From an uncultured bacterium (GTDB lineage: Bacteria > SAR324 > NAC60-12): DNA of 64,000 nt. Of this stretch, positions 40,829 to 49,340 are shown piece after piece (the first letter of the stretch is position 1; every line of letters begins with the position of its first letter). The translations under genes and the position numbers were made by a program. Where the stretch lies: contig CAXGMD010000003.1 in assembly GCA_964010765.1 (NCBI GenBank), forward strand, positions 1-64,000, written 5' to 3'. Under the pieces are notes generated by a model that was not told the origin of the DNA, did not search any database, and saw nothing but the letters and a program-made list of their open reading frames with translations.

Positions 40829-41806
40829 TTAGATTTCATCAGTTTCAGATTTGGAGGTATCAGCTGTTTTTGGAATAGTAGCTAGATTTTCATATGGTTC
40901 CCAATTTTCGCTGATAATTCGAAAATCCTGTACGTCTTCCTGAAACTCCAAGTACAAGGTCTTCCAACCTAAATCACTAAAATCTGAAGAACGGTATTTT
41001 TGGAGAAAATGGACGAAGTAAGTATCTTTGCTATATAGAAAGGTTAGATTCGAAGCTTGTATTTCCCGACTTTTATTCCGCAGATTAATTCGCTTCTTGT
41101 AGTGTAGCCATCTCTTCTTATCGAAATTTTCGTTTGTAAACTTACTTGAATAGTAATTTATATAGTCTTCCACATTTGGATTTTCCCAAGCATCTATCCA
41201 GGTGACAACAAAATTTCTCAGCCTCTCTATTTCAGCTAGATGCTGATGTTCCTCCAATTTTTCTACTGATTCATCAATCAGGATCATAGTGTTTGGCAGT
41301 TGTATATACTGCGCAATCTCTAGAAAATTTTCATTGCTGACTGAAACACATCCCTCTGTTGGAATGGGCTGATCGCCCTCTGTTCCGTGCAACCAAATTC
41401 CATAACCAGTCTTATTGTGGAAGAGACGATCCATCAAGTTTGGATAGTTTAGAGGAAATGCCCCTGCACCATAGGGTTTTGCTTCCTTAGGGCCATACAT
41501 TCCTATCAAATCTTTCTCTGACCAAACATCCGTAAACCAGTAAATCCCCGTTGGTGTCTTCAGATCTCCTTCTTTGAACTTGTCACCTGGCACTTTTCCG
41601 GTCGTACACGGGTAGGTAGCGATCATCTCCCACTTCGGATAGCCTCGATAGACTGCGATTTGGCAGTCTTTTTTATCAACAAGTAAAAATGTAAGGTCTG
41701 GATTTTCGGAAAGGAGAAGGTTGCGGGGTAGAGCGAGTGCTAAGCTTGTTATTGAAACAAAGAACAAAAGCGCAGGGATTGCCAAAAGATGGCGAGGAGG
41801 CAACAT
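40829..41806 (-). CDS. L,D-transpeptidase (YkuD) with an NTF2-like C-terminal domain
   Basis: GDLKTPTGIY, LNYPN, GIWLHG...TEGCV catalytic His/Cys; W..AW...Y..YY C-terminal domain. Confidence 0.85.
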   Translation of the reverse strand: MLPPRHLLAIPALLFFVSITSLALALPRNLLLSENPDLTFLLVDKKDCQIAVYRGYPKWEMIATYPCTTGKVPGDKFKEGDLKTPTGIYWFTDVWSEKDLIGMYGPKEAKPYGAGAFPLNYPNLMDRLFHNKTGYGIWLHGTEGDQPIPTEGCVSVSNENFLEIAQYIQLPNTMILIDESVEKLEEHQHLAEIERLRNFVVTWIDAWENPNVEDYINYYSSKFTNENFDKKRWLHYKKRINLRNKSREIQASNLTFLYSKDTYFVHFLQKYRSSDFSDLGWKTLYLEFQEDVQDFRIISENWEPYENLATIPKTADTSKSETDEI

Positions 41807-41830
41807 GTACTCGTCCTGACGGAATGAAGC

Positions 41831-42052
41831 TTAACTTTGATCAACCGCATCATGCTTCTGCTGCAGCTTCCGTACCCAGTAGAATCCACCAATCAGCATT
41901 ACTACTGGCAGTACCGTCAAGAAAGCTGTCGTCAGGTAAAATGCGGCTCTTGTATTCTCTGAGGAAGAGAAGCAAACCGCACAGGCGTGTACATCGAAAT
42001 GCAGGAATAAACTAGCTAAGCCAGTAATCGCAATAGCAGGAACAGCTTTCAC
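41831..42052 (-). CDS. Small membrane protein with a CAVC motif, last gene of the oxidase operon
   Basis: GTG at 42052 with GAGG SD; signal-like N-terminus, ACAVCF, C-terminal TM. Confidence 0.7.
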   Translation of the reverse strand: MKAVPAIAITGLASLFLHFDVHACAVCFSSSENTRAAFYLTTAFLTVLPVVMLIGGFYWVRKLQQKHDAVDQS

Positions 42053-42057
42053 AATCC

Positions 42058-42657
42058 TCAAAGCAAGTAGACAAGTGTATATAAAACTGGCCAAACTCCA
42101 ACCACAAAATACCAGAAGATTTGGGCTGCACGGAGGTTGTCAATTGTCAGTTGCTGGGAAGTGGAGTTGAGCCTCCTCAAACAAGCAAGCAAAGCGAGTA
42201 GTCCCCCAATCACATGAAGCCCGTGAGCTCCGATGATCAGATAGAAGACACCTCCATAGGTACTGGAAGTGATGGTCAACCCAAAACTGATCAACTGGAC
42301 CCACTCGTATCCCTGCACACTGACAAAGACCGTCCCCAGAGCAATCGTAAGAGCAAGCAACTGCTTGGACTGTGAGGCCTGAGAAGAGAACACCTTTACA
42401 GACCGATGCAGACAGAAGGCACTCGCCAAGAGAGTCAAGGAATTTAGTGCTGTTGCAAACACAGGAAGCCGAGGCTGCCCCCATGGAGGCCACTCTTCCG
42501 CACCAGAGCGGATGATCATGTAGGCACTGATTAATGCTGCAAAGAACATCACCTCTGTCATGATCAGAATGACAGTCGCAAAAATGCTGCTTGAAACTAG
42601 TTGTCTACGTTCAGCATTCGAATTTGCTGGAATCTCAGGAGCTACGAGTAAAATCAC
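42058..42657 (-). CDS. Heme-copper oxidase subunit III (second copy)
   Basis: TEVMFFAALISAY, QGYEW, FYLIIGAHGLHV, FWYFV..VW. Confidence 0.88.
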   Translation of the reverse strand: MILLVAPEIPANSNAERRQLVSSSIFATVILIMTEVMFFAALISAYMIIRSGAEEWPPWGQPRLPVFATALNSLTLLASAFCLHRSVKVFSSQASQSKQLLALTIALGTVFVSVQGYEWVQLISFGLTITSSTYGGVFYLIIGAHGLHVIGGLLALLACLRRLNSTSQQLTIDNLRAAQIFWYFVVGVWPVLYTLVYLL

Positions 42658-42660
42658 GAA

Positions 42661-43011
42661 TCACCGAAGTTGACCATCGACATACCTTTGTTGCTCCGCA
42701 CAGGTATTGTTAGAGATACAGTCTTGCCAGTTTTGGCCATCAGCCTTCATCACGTCACCGGCAACACCAAAAAAGAATACTCCGAGCAAAACAGTAGAAA
42801 TTAGCAGTAAGAACCAGACGTATTTTTTCTCAAAATTGAGATGCATGAAGTAAGCGGCGACGTAATAGGTCTTTACGAGCGCAATTCCGAAAGCAGTCAA
42901 TAGCGTGAGCCACGGAATTCCTAGCTCTGGTCCAATGATACTGACCACCAAGAGTACTAAGAGAAGTACCCAAATCTTTACATAATTTGGATGTGCGTGT
43001 GCTCCAGCCAT
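42661..43011 (-). CDS. Heme-copper oxidase subunit IV (CtaF/CyoD-like)
   Basis: YVKIW, ALVK...VAAYFMHL; start at ATG 43011. Confidence 0.88.
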   Translation of the reverse strand: MAGAHAHPNYVKIWVLLLVLLVVSIIGPELGIPWLTLLTAFGIALVKTYYVAAYFMHLNFEKKYVWFLLLISTVLLGVFFFGVAGDVMKADGQNWQDCISNNTCAEQQRYVDGQLR

Positions 43012-43013
43012 AT

Positions 43014-43607
43014 TCACTTTGCGATGTAGAGGAGTGGGAAAAGGAAAATCCAGACGATATCGACAAAATGCCAATACAGCCCGATCAATTCAACCCTGTG
43101 TGGGTTGAAGCCTTTCCTGAGATCAAAGGAGATCAAAGCCATAATGACCATACCTCCGATCACATGCAGGGCATGTAGTCCTGTTGCCGTATAGTAAAAA
43201 GACCAATAAGTATTGGTCAAAGGCGTCTTCAGCAGCTCTGGATCATCAGTGAAAAGTTTTGAGGAATATTCATAATATTTGACCAGCAAGAAGACGAGGC
43301 CTCCACCAATTGTGTACCAGATAAATTTAAATGCCCGGTCAAAATCCTTCTTCTCTGCAGCGTCGTGTGCCAATACGATGAAAAGGCTGGAAGTCAGCAG
43401 GACGAATGTATTAAACGCACCTGCTGGAACTTTCGTAAAAACAGCTTCTCCGCCCCACCAAGGATTATTTAGTCGGTAAAGAATGTAGCAAGCAATCAAT
43501 CCACCAAAAATGAAAATCTCTGAGGCTAGTAGCCACCATACCGCGAGTCGTCCGGTTGGGATTCCAGTTGCTGAACGGCTGGTTGCCAAAGGTCCTTGCA
43601 TAGACAT
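43014..43607 (-). CDS. ctaE: Heme-copper oxidase subunit III
   Basis: LASEIFIFGGL, NTFVLLTSS, K..EY, FYYTATGLHALHV, GLYWHFVDIVW. Confidence 0.92.
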   Translation of the reverse strand: MSMQGPLATSRSATGIPTGRLAVWWLLASEIFIFGGLIACYILYRLNNPWWGGEAVFTKVPAGAFNTFVLLTSSLFIVLAHDAAEKKDFDRAFKFIWYTIGGGLVFLLVKYYEYSSKLFTDDPELLKTPLTNTYWSFYYTATGLHALHVIGGMVIMALISFDLRKGFNPHRVELIGLYWHFVDIVWIFLFPLLYIAK

Positions 43608-43629
43608 AATGATTTCTCAGAAGGTCATT

Positions 43630-43655
43630 CAGGGGAGAAACAAAGTTCTCCCTTG
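43630..43655. other. Intercistronic hairpin between the subunit I and III genes
   Basis: CAGGGGAGAA-ACAAAG-TTCTCCCTTG; no U-tract on the coding strand. Confidence 0.45.
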
Positions 43656-43662
43656 TTTATAA

Positions 43663-45378
43663 TCAGTTGCGATCGGGCATATTTTGAGGCCAGTAGTCTT
43701 CCTTATTACCAGGGACACTGTATTCATAGGGCCCACGATACACAGTAGGAAGTTCTGCAAAGTTGCCGTGGGGAGGAGGCGATGGAACTGTCCATTCTAG
43801 TGTATTAGATTTCCAAGGATTCGCTGGAGCCTTCTCTCCTTTGAACATGCTTACGAAAAAATTGTATGCGAAGACGAATTGAAATAACAGCATGGTCACC
43901 ATGGAAACCGTTGCAAAGACACGGATTCCTTGTAGATCAGCTGTAGCCAAGTCTGGAAAGTGCTGAAAATTATAAATTCGTCGATGCTGTCCAGCCATTC
44001 CAACTAGGAAGAGAGGTAAGAATATACCATTGAAAGGAATGATTGTACCCCAGAAGTGGATCTTACCCAGCGTTTCATCCATCATTCTTCCAAACATTTT
44101 TGGATACCAGTAGTACAAGCCTGCGAACATCCCAATGATCGCAATGGGGAAAAAGGTATAGTGGAAGTGTGCGATTACGAAATAACTGTCATGAAAATAG
44201 ATATCCAAGGCACTAGAACCAAGGTAGATTCCTGTGACACCACCAAGCAGAAAGGTAATTAAGAAACCCAGTGCCCACAGCATCGGGGTTCGGAATTCAA
44301 TTGACCCTCCGTAAAGCGTAGCTATGTAACTGAATAAAATTTCGGCGATAGGAATTGAAATCAGCAGGGTTGTAACGAGGAAGATGTTTGCCATGCGAGG
44401 GTCAATTCCAGCAATAAACTGGTGGTGGGCCCAAACAACAAATGCCAGTCCACCTGTTGCGAAGGTAGTGTAGAGAATTGTCTTGTAGCCAAAGAGTTTC
44501 TTGCGAGCAAAGGTTGTCATGATCTCAGCGACGATACCTAGGGCTGGAAGCAAGACCACATATACCTCTGGGTGACCAAAAAACCAGAATAAGTGCTGCC
44601 AAAGTATTGGATCACCACCCCCAGAAGGCACAAAGAAGGTGGTACCAATTCGCTGGTCCATCAGAAGCATGATCGATCCAGCTATCAATGGACCAACTGA
44701 AGCCATGAACATGATCGAAGCCAATACAATCATCCAGACTACCATGGGAATGTCGGTCATCCGCATTCCTGGCGCACGAGCGTTCATCGAAGTAGTTACA
44801 AAATTAATCCCTCCGATCAGGAACGCCACAAACTCAAGGGCGACAGCAATCAACCAAAGTGAGGCTCCCCAATCCGTCAGGTTGTATTCGGCGACTGCTG
44901 ATAAGGGGGGATAAGAAGTCCAGGCTCCGCCAAATCCTCCACCTTGTACGAAGAAGGACATGAACAGGACCACTACACTGAGTAGAAAGATTTGGAAGGA
45001 TAAACGATTCAGTCTTGGAAAGACCATATCGTCGCAGCCGATCATCAGTGGGATCAGGATGTTTCCGAAAGCGGCGATGAGTACAGGCATCGCTACCCAG
45101 AAAATCATGATTGAACCATGGTTGGTGATCAGCATGTTGTATTCTCCCGGTCCGACCGTGCCATAGAGCGGGACTTCCATGCCTGGGAAGGCTAACTGCA
45201 TACGGAAGGCATAAGCGAAATACCCTCCGACAATTGCCATGAACATTCCCGTAAACATGTACTGCAACCCAATGATCTTGTGATCAGTAGAGAAGAAGTA
45301 CTTCATCATGAAGCTTTGTTCGTGATGGTCATGTCCGTGAGCGGCATGACTATCATGGGTGACCGTCGTCTGTCCCAT
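43663..45378 (-). CDS. ctaD: Heme-copper oxidase subunit I, A1-type motif, atypical proton channels
   Basis: TDHK, TNHG, DMVFPRLN, WFFGHPEVY, WAHH, HDSYFVIAHFHY, HRR. Confidence 0.96.
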   Translation of the reverse strand: MGQTTVTHDSHAAHGHDHHEQSFMMKYFFSTDHKIIGLQYMFTGMFMAIVGGYFAYAFRMQLAFPGMEVPLYGTVGPGEYNMLITNHGSIMIFWVAMPVLIAAFGNILIPLMIGCDDMVFPRLNRLSFQIFLLSVVVLFMSFFVQGGGFGGAWTSYPPLSAVAEYNLTDWGASLWLIAVALEFVAFLIGGINFVTTSMNARAPGMRMTDIPMVVWMIVLASIMFMASVGPLIAGSIMLLMDQRIGTTFFVPSGGGDPILWQHLFWFFGHPEVYVVLLPALGIVAEIMTTFARKKLFGYKTILYTTFATGGLAFVVWAHHQFIAGIDPRMANIFLVTTLLISIPIAEILFSYIATLYGGSIEFRTPMLWALGFLITFLLGGVTGIYLGSSALDIYFHDSYFVIAHFHYTFFPIAIIGMFAGLYYWYPKMFGRMMDETLGKIHFWGTIIPFNGIFLPLFLVGMAGQHRRIYNFQHFPDLATADLQGIRVFATVSMVTMLLFQFVFAYNFFVSMFKGEKAPANPWKSNTLEWTVPSPPPHGNFAELPTVYRGPYEYSVPGNKEDYWPQNMPDRN

Positions 45379-45403
45379 ACTTTCTCCTAAAACACTTCTT
45401 GGT

Positions 45404-46171
45404 TTAGAAGCTGCTGAGCAGCTTATCTGTGAAGGATTCGCTATTCGATGCCGTGCTGACTGTCATCTTCTGAAGTCGTTTTTGATAATCACTTTCGTAA
45501 GTTCGGTTGCGGATCGATTCCATAGCAGCATCATAGGACTGCTGGTCCTCATGAACTACGATTGTTGCACCCATAATTCCGTGACCATATCCACAAATTT
45601 CTGCGCATTGGATATCATATATGCCTGTCTTATTGGGCTCAAACCAGCCCGTGATTGTACGGCCAGGAATCGTGTCCTGCCGCAATCGGAAGGCCGGAAC
45701 AGAGAAATTATGCAGCACATCACGAGATTCTAGTTCGAAGTGATAGACTGTGTCTTTCTTCACATGCAGATCATTGACGGTAGATATATCATCTTCGGTA
45801 TCCAGCTTACCATCAGGGCCTGAGTGGATAAAGAACCAACTCCACTGCTGCCCCACTACTCGAATCTTATCCTCTGCCTGAGGCAAGGTTTGCTTCACAT
45901 CCACCCAAACCATTACCGTAAAAACGATAATAACTACGTCAAGTGCGATCACGGAGTAGTGTGGATAGTGCGTCCATTTCTTCTGAGAATGTGGATCACC
46001 TGAGATGTAAGCGGCTCGCACACCTTCTTTTCGTCGGAAACGAACCATGAAATAGGTCATCACTGCCAATACCATCACGAACCAAAAGCCCACAATGACC
46101 GTGATCATATCGAACAGGAAATCTATGTCGCCAGCATACGTTGAAGCACCAGGCACAAAATATTCAATCAT
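45404..46171 (-). CDS. ctaC: Cytochrome c oxidase subunit II (CuA), no fused cytochrome c
   Basis: Two TM helices, GQQWSW, DVLHNF, CAEICGYGHGIM. Confidence 0.94.
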   Translation of the reverse strand: MIEYFVPGASTYAGDIDFLFDMITVIVGFWFVMVLAVMTYFMVRFRRKEGVRAAYISGDPHSQKKWTHYPHYSVIALDVVIIVFTVMVWVDVKQTLPQAEDKIRVVGQQWSWFFIHSGPDGKLDTEDDISTVNDLHVKKDTVYHFELESRDVLHNFSVPAFRLRQDTIPGRTITGWFEPNKTGIYDIQCAEICGYGHGIMGATIVVHEDQQSYDAAMESIRNRTYESDYQKRLQKMTVSTASNSESFTDKLLSSF

Positions 46172-46180
46172 TTTAACTCC

Positions 46181-46297
46181 CTACAGCACATACAAGATAA
46201 CGGCTATGATGAATAGCGCACACCCCGCAGCCACGAGTCTGAAGGCTTTACTGGCCAACTCGTCGCTATCGAGTTTTTTCATGATATGATCTTCCAT
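46181..46297 (-). CDS. 38-aa single-TM protein between ctaB and subunit II (below the ORF-track cutoff)
   Basis: Read by hand: MEDHIMKKLDSDELASKAFRLVAAGCALFIIAVILYVL*; alternative ATG at 46282; fills the gap almost exactly. Confidence 0.7.
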   Translation of the reverse strand: MEDHIMKKLDSDELASKAFRLVAAGCALFIIAVILYVL

Positions 46298-46303
46298 CCT
46301 ACC

Positions 46304-47206
46304 TCATAGAAATATTCGATCCAATGTCAACACCACACACCAGGCAGGCAAATAAATGATTGATGCGAAAAACACCTTTCTCGCATTCTGCTCATTGCGG
46401 TGCAGCCAGAATTGAAGAGTTGGCATCAAGAAACCGACTCCCAAGAGTGTAGCAACAACAAGAAAGAAAGGTCCTGCCTGTTCAAACCAGAATACGGAAG
46501 CACTGGCTAGAATCAGTAGGGCGGTATGCAGTACCATGTGTACTGCAGTCAAGCGCCCATCTTCATCAACACTAGAGAGCATCCGGAATCCACCTTTACG
46601 GTATTCGTCCTGATACATCCAAGCGATGGCGAAAAAATGTGGCATCTGCCACAGGTAAAGTACTGCAAAAATTGGGAGTGCTCCCCACTCTAAAGCTCCG
46701 GTTGCTGCGCTCCAGCCCATCAGTGGAGGCAGAGCTCCGGTTATGGCACCAACCCAAGTGTTGGCAACCGTTTTTTGCTTCAATGGAGTGTAGAGCAAAA
46801 GGTATGTCAGGTGCGTCGCAGCACCCAAAAATGCCGTAAGCCAGCCGGTGAATGCGAAAAGATAGCTAAAACCAACGATGCTTAGCGTAGCTCCTAATAG
46901 GATGGCTTCTTCTTCGCTGACTCGCCCCGTTGGGATCGGACGCTGACAAGTCCTGCGCATGCGGCCGTCCTGCTCACGCTCAAACCACTGATTGAGTACA
47001 TGCGCACCGCCACCAATCAGAAGTGTACCAAGAATCAAGTGAAAGATTTTAGTGGGATCGCTGGTAACTCCGGGCAGGTAGTATCCCATCATCGCACTCA
47101 ATACCACCATGCCCAATAAACGTGGCTTGCAGAGGGTCCAGTAGTCACCCAGGCGACTACGCCACTGATCAATGGGGGAGAGGAAGGTGATTGACTTAGT
47201 TCTCAT
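46304..47206 (-). CDS. ctaB: Protoheme IX farnesyltransferase (heme O synthase)
   Basis: LCKPR, NQWFEREQDGRMRRT..RP, YTPLK, GALPPLMGW, WQMPHFFAI, EYRKGG. Confidence 0.95.
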   Translation of the reverse strand: MRTKSITFLSPIDQWRSRLGDYWTLCKPRLLGMVVLSAMMGYYLPGVTSDPTKIFHLILGTLLIGGGAHVLNQWFEREQDGRMRRTCQRPIPTGRVSEEEAILLGATLSIVGFSYLFAFTGWLTAFLGAATHLTYLLLYTPLKQKTVANTWVGAITGALPPLMGWSAATGALEWGALPIFAVLYLWQMPHFFAIAWMYQDEYRKGGFRMLSSVDEDGRLTAVHMVLHTALLILASASVFWFEQAGPFFLVVATLLGVGFLMPTLQFWLHRNEQNARKVFFASIIYLPAWCVVLTLDRIFL

Positions 47207-47542
47207 AAAATCCCTAGAGGTTTTTCAGAAATTGGATTACACAAAACCGGTGCGCTTCTCGCAAGATAAAAAACCAACTCTTTCTACTTTTCATAGAATC
47301 AAATATTCTAATTTCACTTTTTTAATTTTAGCAGCGGTTAGCAAATTCGCAGTTTTTTGGCGATGCCCAATTTTTATCTGGAACTTCCGACCGCAAGCTG
47401 GAGAAATAAAGGAAGCTTTTTCCATAGACAGATTTTCCAAATCATTCTCGATCCTTTATCTTCTGCGGCATCTGTACCGAAACTGATTTACTCCCAGTCA
47501 GAAATATGAGGATTATCAAGTGAGCAACAAGGAAAGGTAATC

Positions 47543-48259
47543 ATGAAATTCAAGGTTGTTTCGGCTGATGCAACAGATTCATCACAATCCAGTGACGATC
47601 CAAGAGTTCGTATTGAAGGATTGATTGAGACTAGCCCAGTTTTTCTATTCATGAAAGGCACCCCTGAAGCCCCACAATGCGGATTTTCCTATCGCGTCTG
47701 TGAAGTCCTACGAGGATGGAACGTGCCATTTCGTTCCTTCAATGTTTTAGCAGATCCTGATATTCGACAAGGCATCAAAGAGTTCACAAACTGGCCTACC
47801 ATCCCTCAACTCTATGTAAATCAAGAATTTGTTGGTGGGTGTGACATAATAGAGGAACTCTCACAATCAGGTGAACTACGAGAATTACTGGAAGAAGCGT
47901 ATCCTGAGCAAAACTTTGAGCCTCCTCCTCCTCCTGCCCAAGTTCAGGCCATTTCGCCTACACAAGCCAAGCAAATGCTGAAAGAAAACCCCGAGCTAAC
48001 GGTACTGGACATTCGTGAGCCTGACGAGCGAGAATATGCAAAGCTGGAACGGTCTCAAGTACTAGATCACAAGCTCGCTGATGAAATTCTGAACCAATGG
48101 GATGCGAACACTCCCCTGCTGCTGATGTGCCACCGCGGTATCCGGAGTATGGAAGCTGCACAATTTTTTATTTCCCGTGGTTTTCAACAGGTTTTCAATA
48201 TTGATGGTGGCATTGACCGTTGGTCTGACGAAGTCGATTCCAGTATTCCACGCTACTAA
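47543..48259 (+). CDS. grxD: Monothiol glutaredoxin (Grx4) fused to a rhodanese domain
   Basis: FMKGTPEAPQCGFS, WPTIPQLY, GGCD; poly-Pro linker; LDIREPDE, CHRGIRS, GGIDRW. Confidence 0.9.
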   Translation: MKFKVVSADATDSSQSSDDPRVRIEGLIETSPVFLFMKGTPEAPQCGFSYRVCEVLRGWNVPFRSFNVLADPDIRQGIKEFTNWPTIPQLYVNQEFVGGCDIIEELSQSGELRELLEEAYPEQNFEPPPPPAQVQAISPTQAKQMLKENPELTVLDIREPDEREYAKLERSQVLDHKLADEILNQWDANTPLLLMCHRGIRSMEAAQFFISRGFQQVFNIDGGIDRWSDEVDSSIPRY

Positions 48260-48277
48260 GTATCTTCTGAAAACAAA

Positions 48278-48655
48278 ATGAACTCACCTACAATCGAACT
48301 GACACCGAGAGCAGCTGAGATTTTTCGAGAAGCTTGTTCAGCAGAACAGAAAAGCCTAGCAGAATCCCGTCTGCGCATTGGAGCCAAGCCCGGGGGTTGC
48401 TCCGGCTATAAATACGAATTGGAATGGAACGCCGCTACAGATCAACTGGAGAGCGATCTTCTGCTTGAATCACAGGGAGTCCAAATTCTGGTTGATCAGC
48501 TCTGCCTAGAAGAGGTTCTCGGTCCTCTAAAGATTGACTACAGTGACGCCAACCTTGTTGAGCAGGGATTCGTATTCATTCAGCTCAGTAGCGGGCGCCA
48601 ATGTGGCTGTGGAGAGTCATTCACTCCAGTTCGTGACCTCCCCGCTTATGCCTGA
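48278..48655 (+). CDS. A-type Fe-S carrier (HesB/IscA/ErpA family)
   Basis: GGCSGYKY, IDY, CGCGESF. Confidence 0.92.
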   Translation: MNSPTIELTPRAAEIFREACSAEQKSLAESRLRIGAKPGGCSGYKYELEWNAATDQLESDLLLESQGVQILVDQLCLEEVLGPLKIDYSDANLVEQGFVFIQLSSGRQCGCGESFTPVRDLPAYA

Positions 48656-49274
48656 TTTACTTGAACTGATCGCCAGCGGGACCTGCTTTGGTCTTTTTGT
48701 CTACAAGTGGATCATCATTATTGCCGTTGTCCTAACATGGGTCAGTGCAGATCCCTACAACCCCTTCGTGTCATGGATCAACCGAGTCACTCGGCCTTTC
48801 TGGTATTGGTGCGAAAGATGGTTACCGCTCACCATGAGGCATTTCAGCGCCTACTTTTCTCTGCTACTGGTAATTTTTGGACAGGCGCTCATTCCAGCGT
48901 CTGTCCGTTCGATCAATCTTTTTCTGCAGGGAATCATTGAAGTCGATGCTTTGGCACTTCAGTTTGGTGGGCATATCATCCAGTCTACTAGTATCATTGC
49001 CCAAAGTGTTTTCTTCTTCTTCATGCTGATCTTAGGTTTTTGGTTCTTCCTGACCCTGATCAATCCTGCTTACAACAATCCTATTGTTCAGGTCCTCCAT
49101 ACTTTGGCAGATCCGCTGCTCTCTCCACTACAACGTTATCTTCCTCGAATGCGCTTCGACATCTCTCCCCTAATTGGTGTGGCGCTCTTCTATCTACTCA
49201 ATGCCTATCTTGTACATCCTATCGCCTTCTACGGTGGGATGCTCTCCCAACCCGTCCAACTCTGTGTCTACTGA
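48648..49274 (+). CDS. yggT: YggT family membrane protein (tandem YggT domains)
   Basis: TWVSADPYNP...TRP and NPAYNNPIVQ...ADPLL...DISP; start ATG 48648 overlaps the IscA-like stop. Confidence 0.85.
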   Translation: MPDLLELIASGTCFGLFVYKWIIIIAVVLTWVSADPYNPFVSWINRVTRPFWYWCERWLPLTMRHFSAYFSLLLVIFGQALIPASVRSINLFLQGIIEVDALALQFGGHIIQSTSIIAQSVFFFFMLILGFWFFLTLINPAYNNPIVQVLHTLADPLLSPLQRYLPRMRFDISPLIGVALFYLLNAYLVHPIAFYGGMLSQPVQLCVY

Positions 49275-49340
49275 CTCTCCAGAAAAATGGTCGAATTTTT
49301 GAAAGGATTATAGCAGACGTCAACCCAAACTGACTGAGCT

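Noticed and set aside
40829..41300. AT-rich 3' half of the L,D-transpeptidase gene as a foreign insert
   Set aside because: Explained by a K/N/F/Y-rich domain; no mobility signs or boundary repeats
42058..43607. Two subunit III genes as a novelty
   Set aside because: Duplicated or split subunit III genes with a subunit IV are known in other bacterial oxidase operons
46181..46297. Small ORF as a ba3-type subunit IIa
   Set aside because: Subunit II here already has two TM helices, so there is no missing helix to replace
47921..47935. (CCT)5 microsatellite
   Set aside because: In-frame poly-Pro linker; length change would not switch phase
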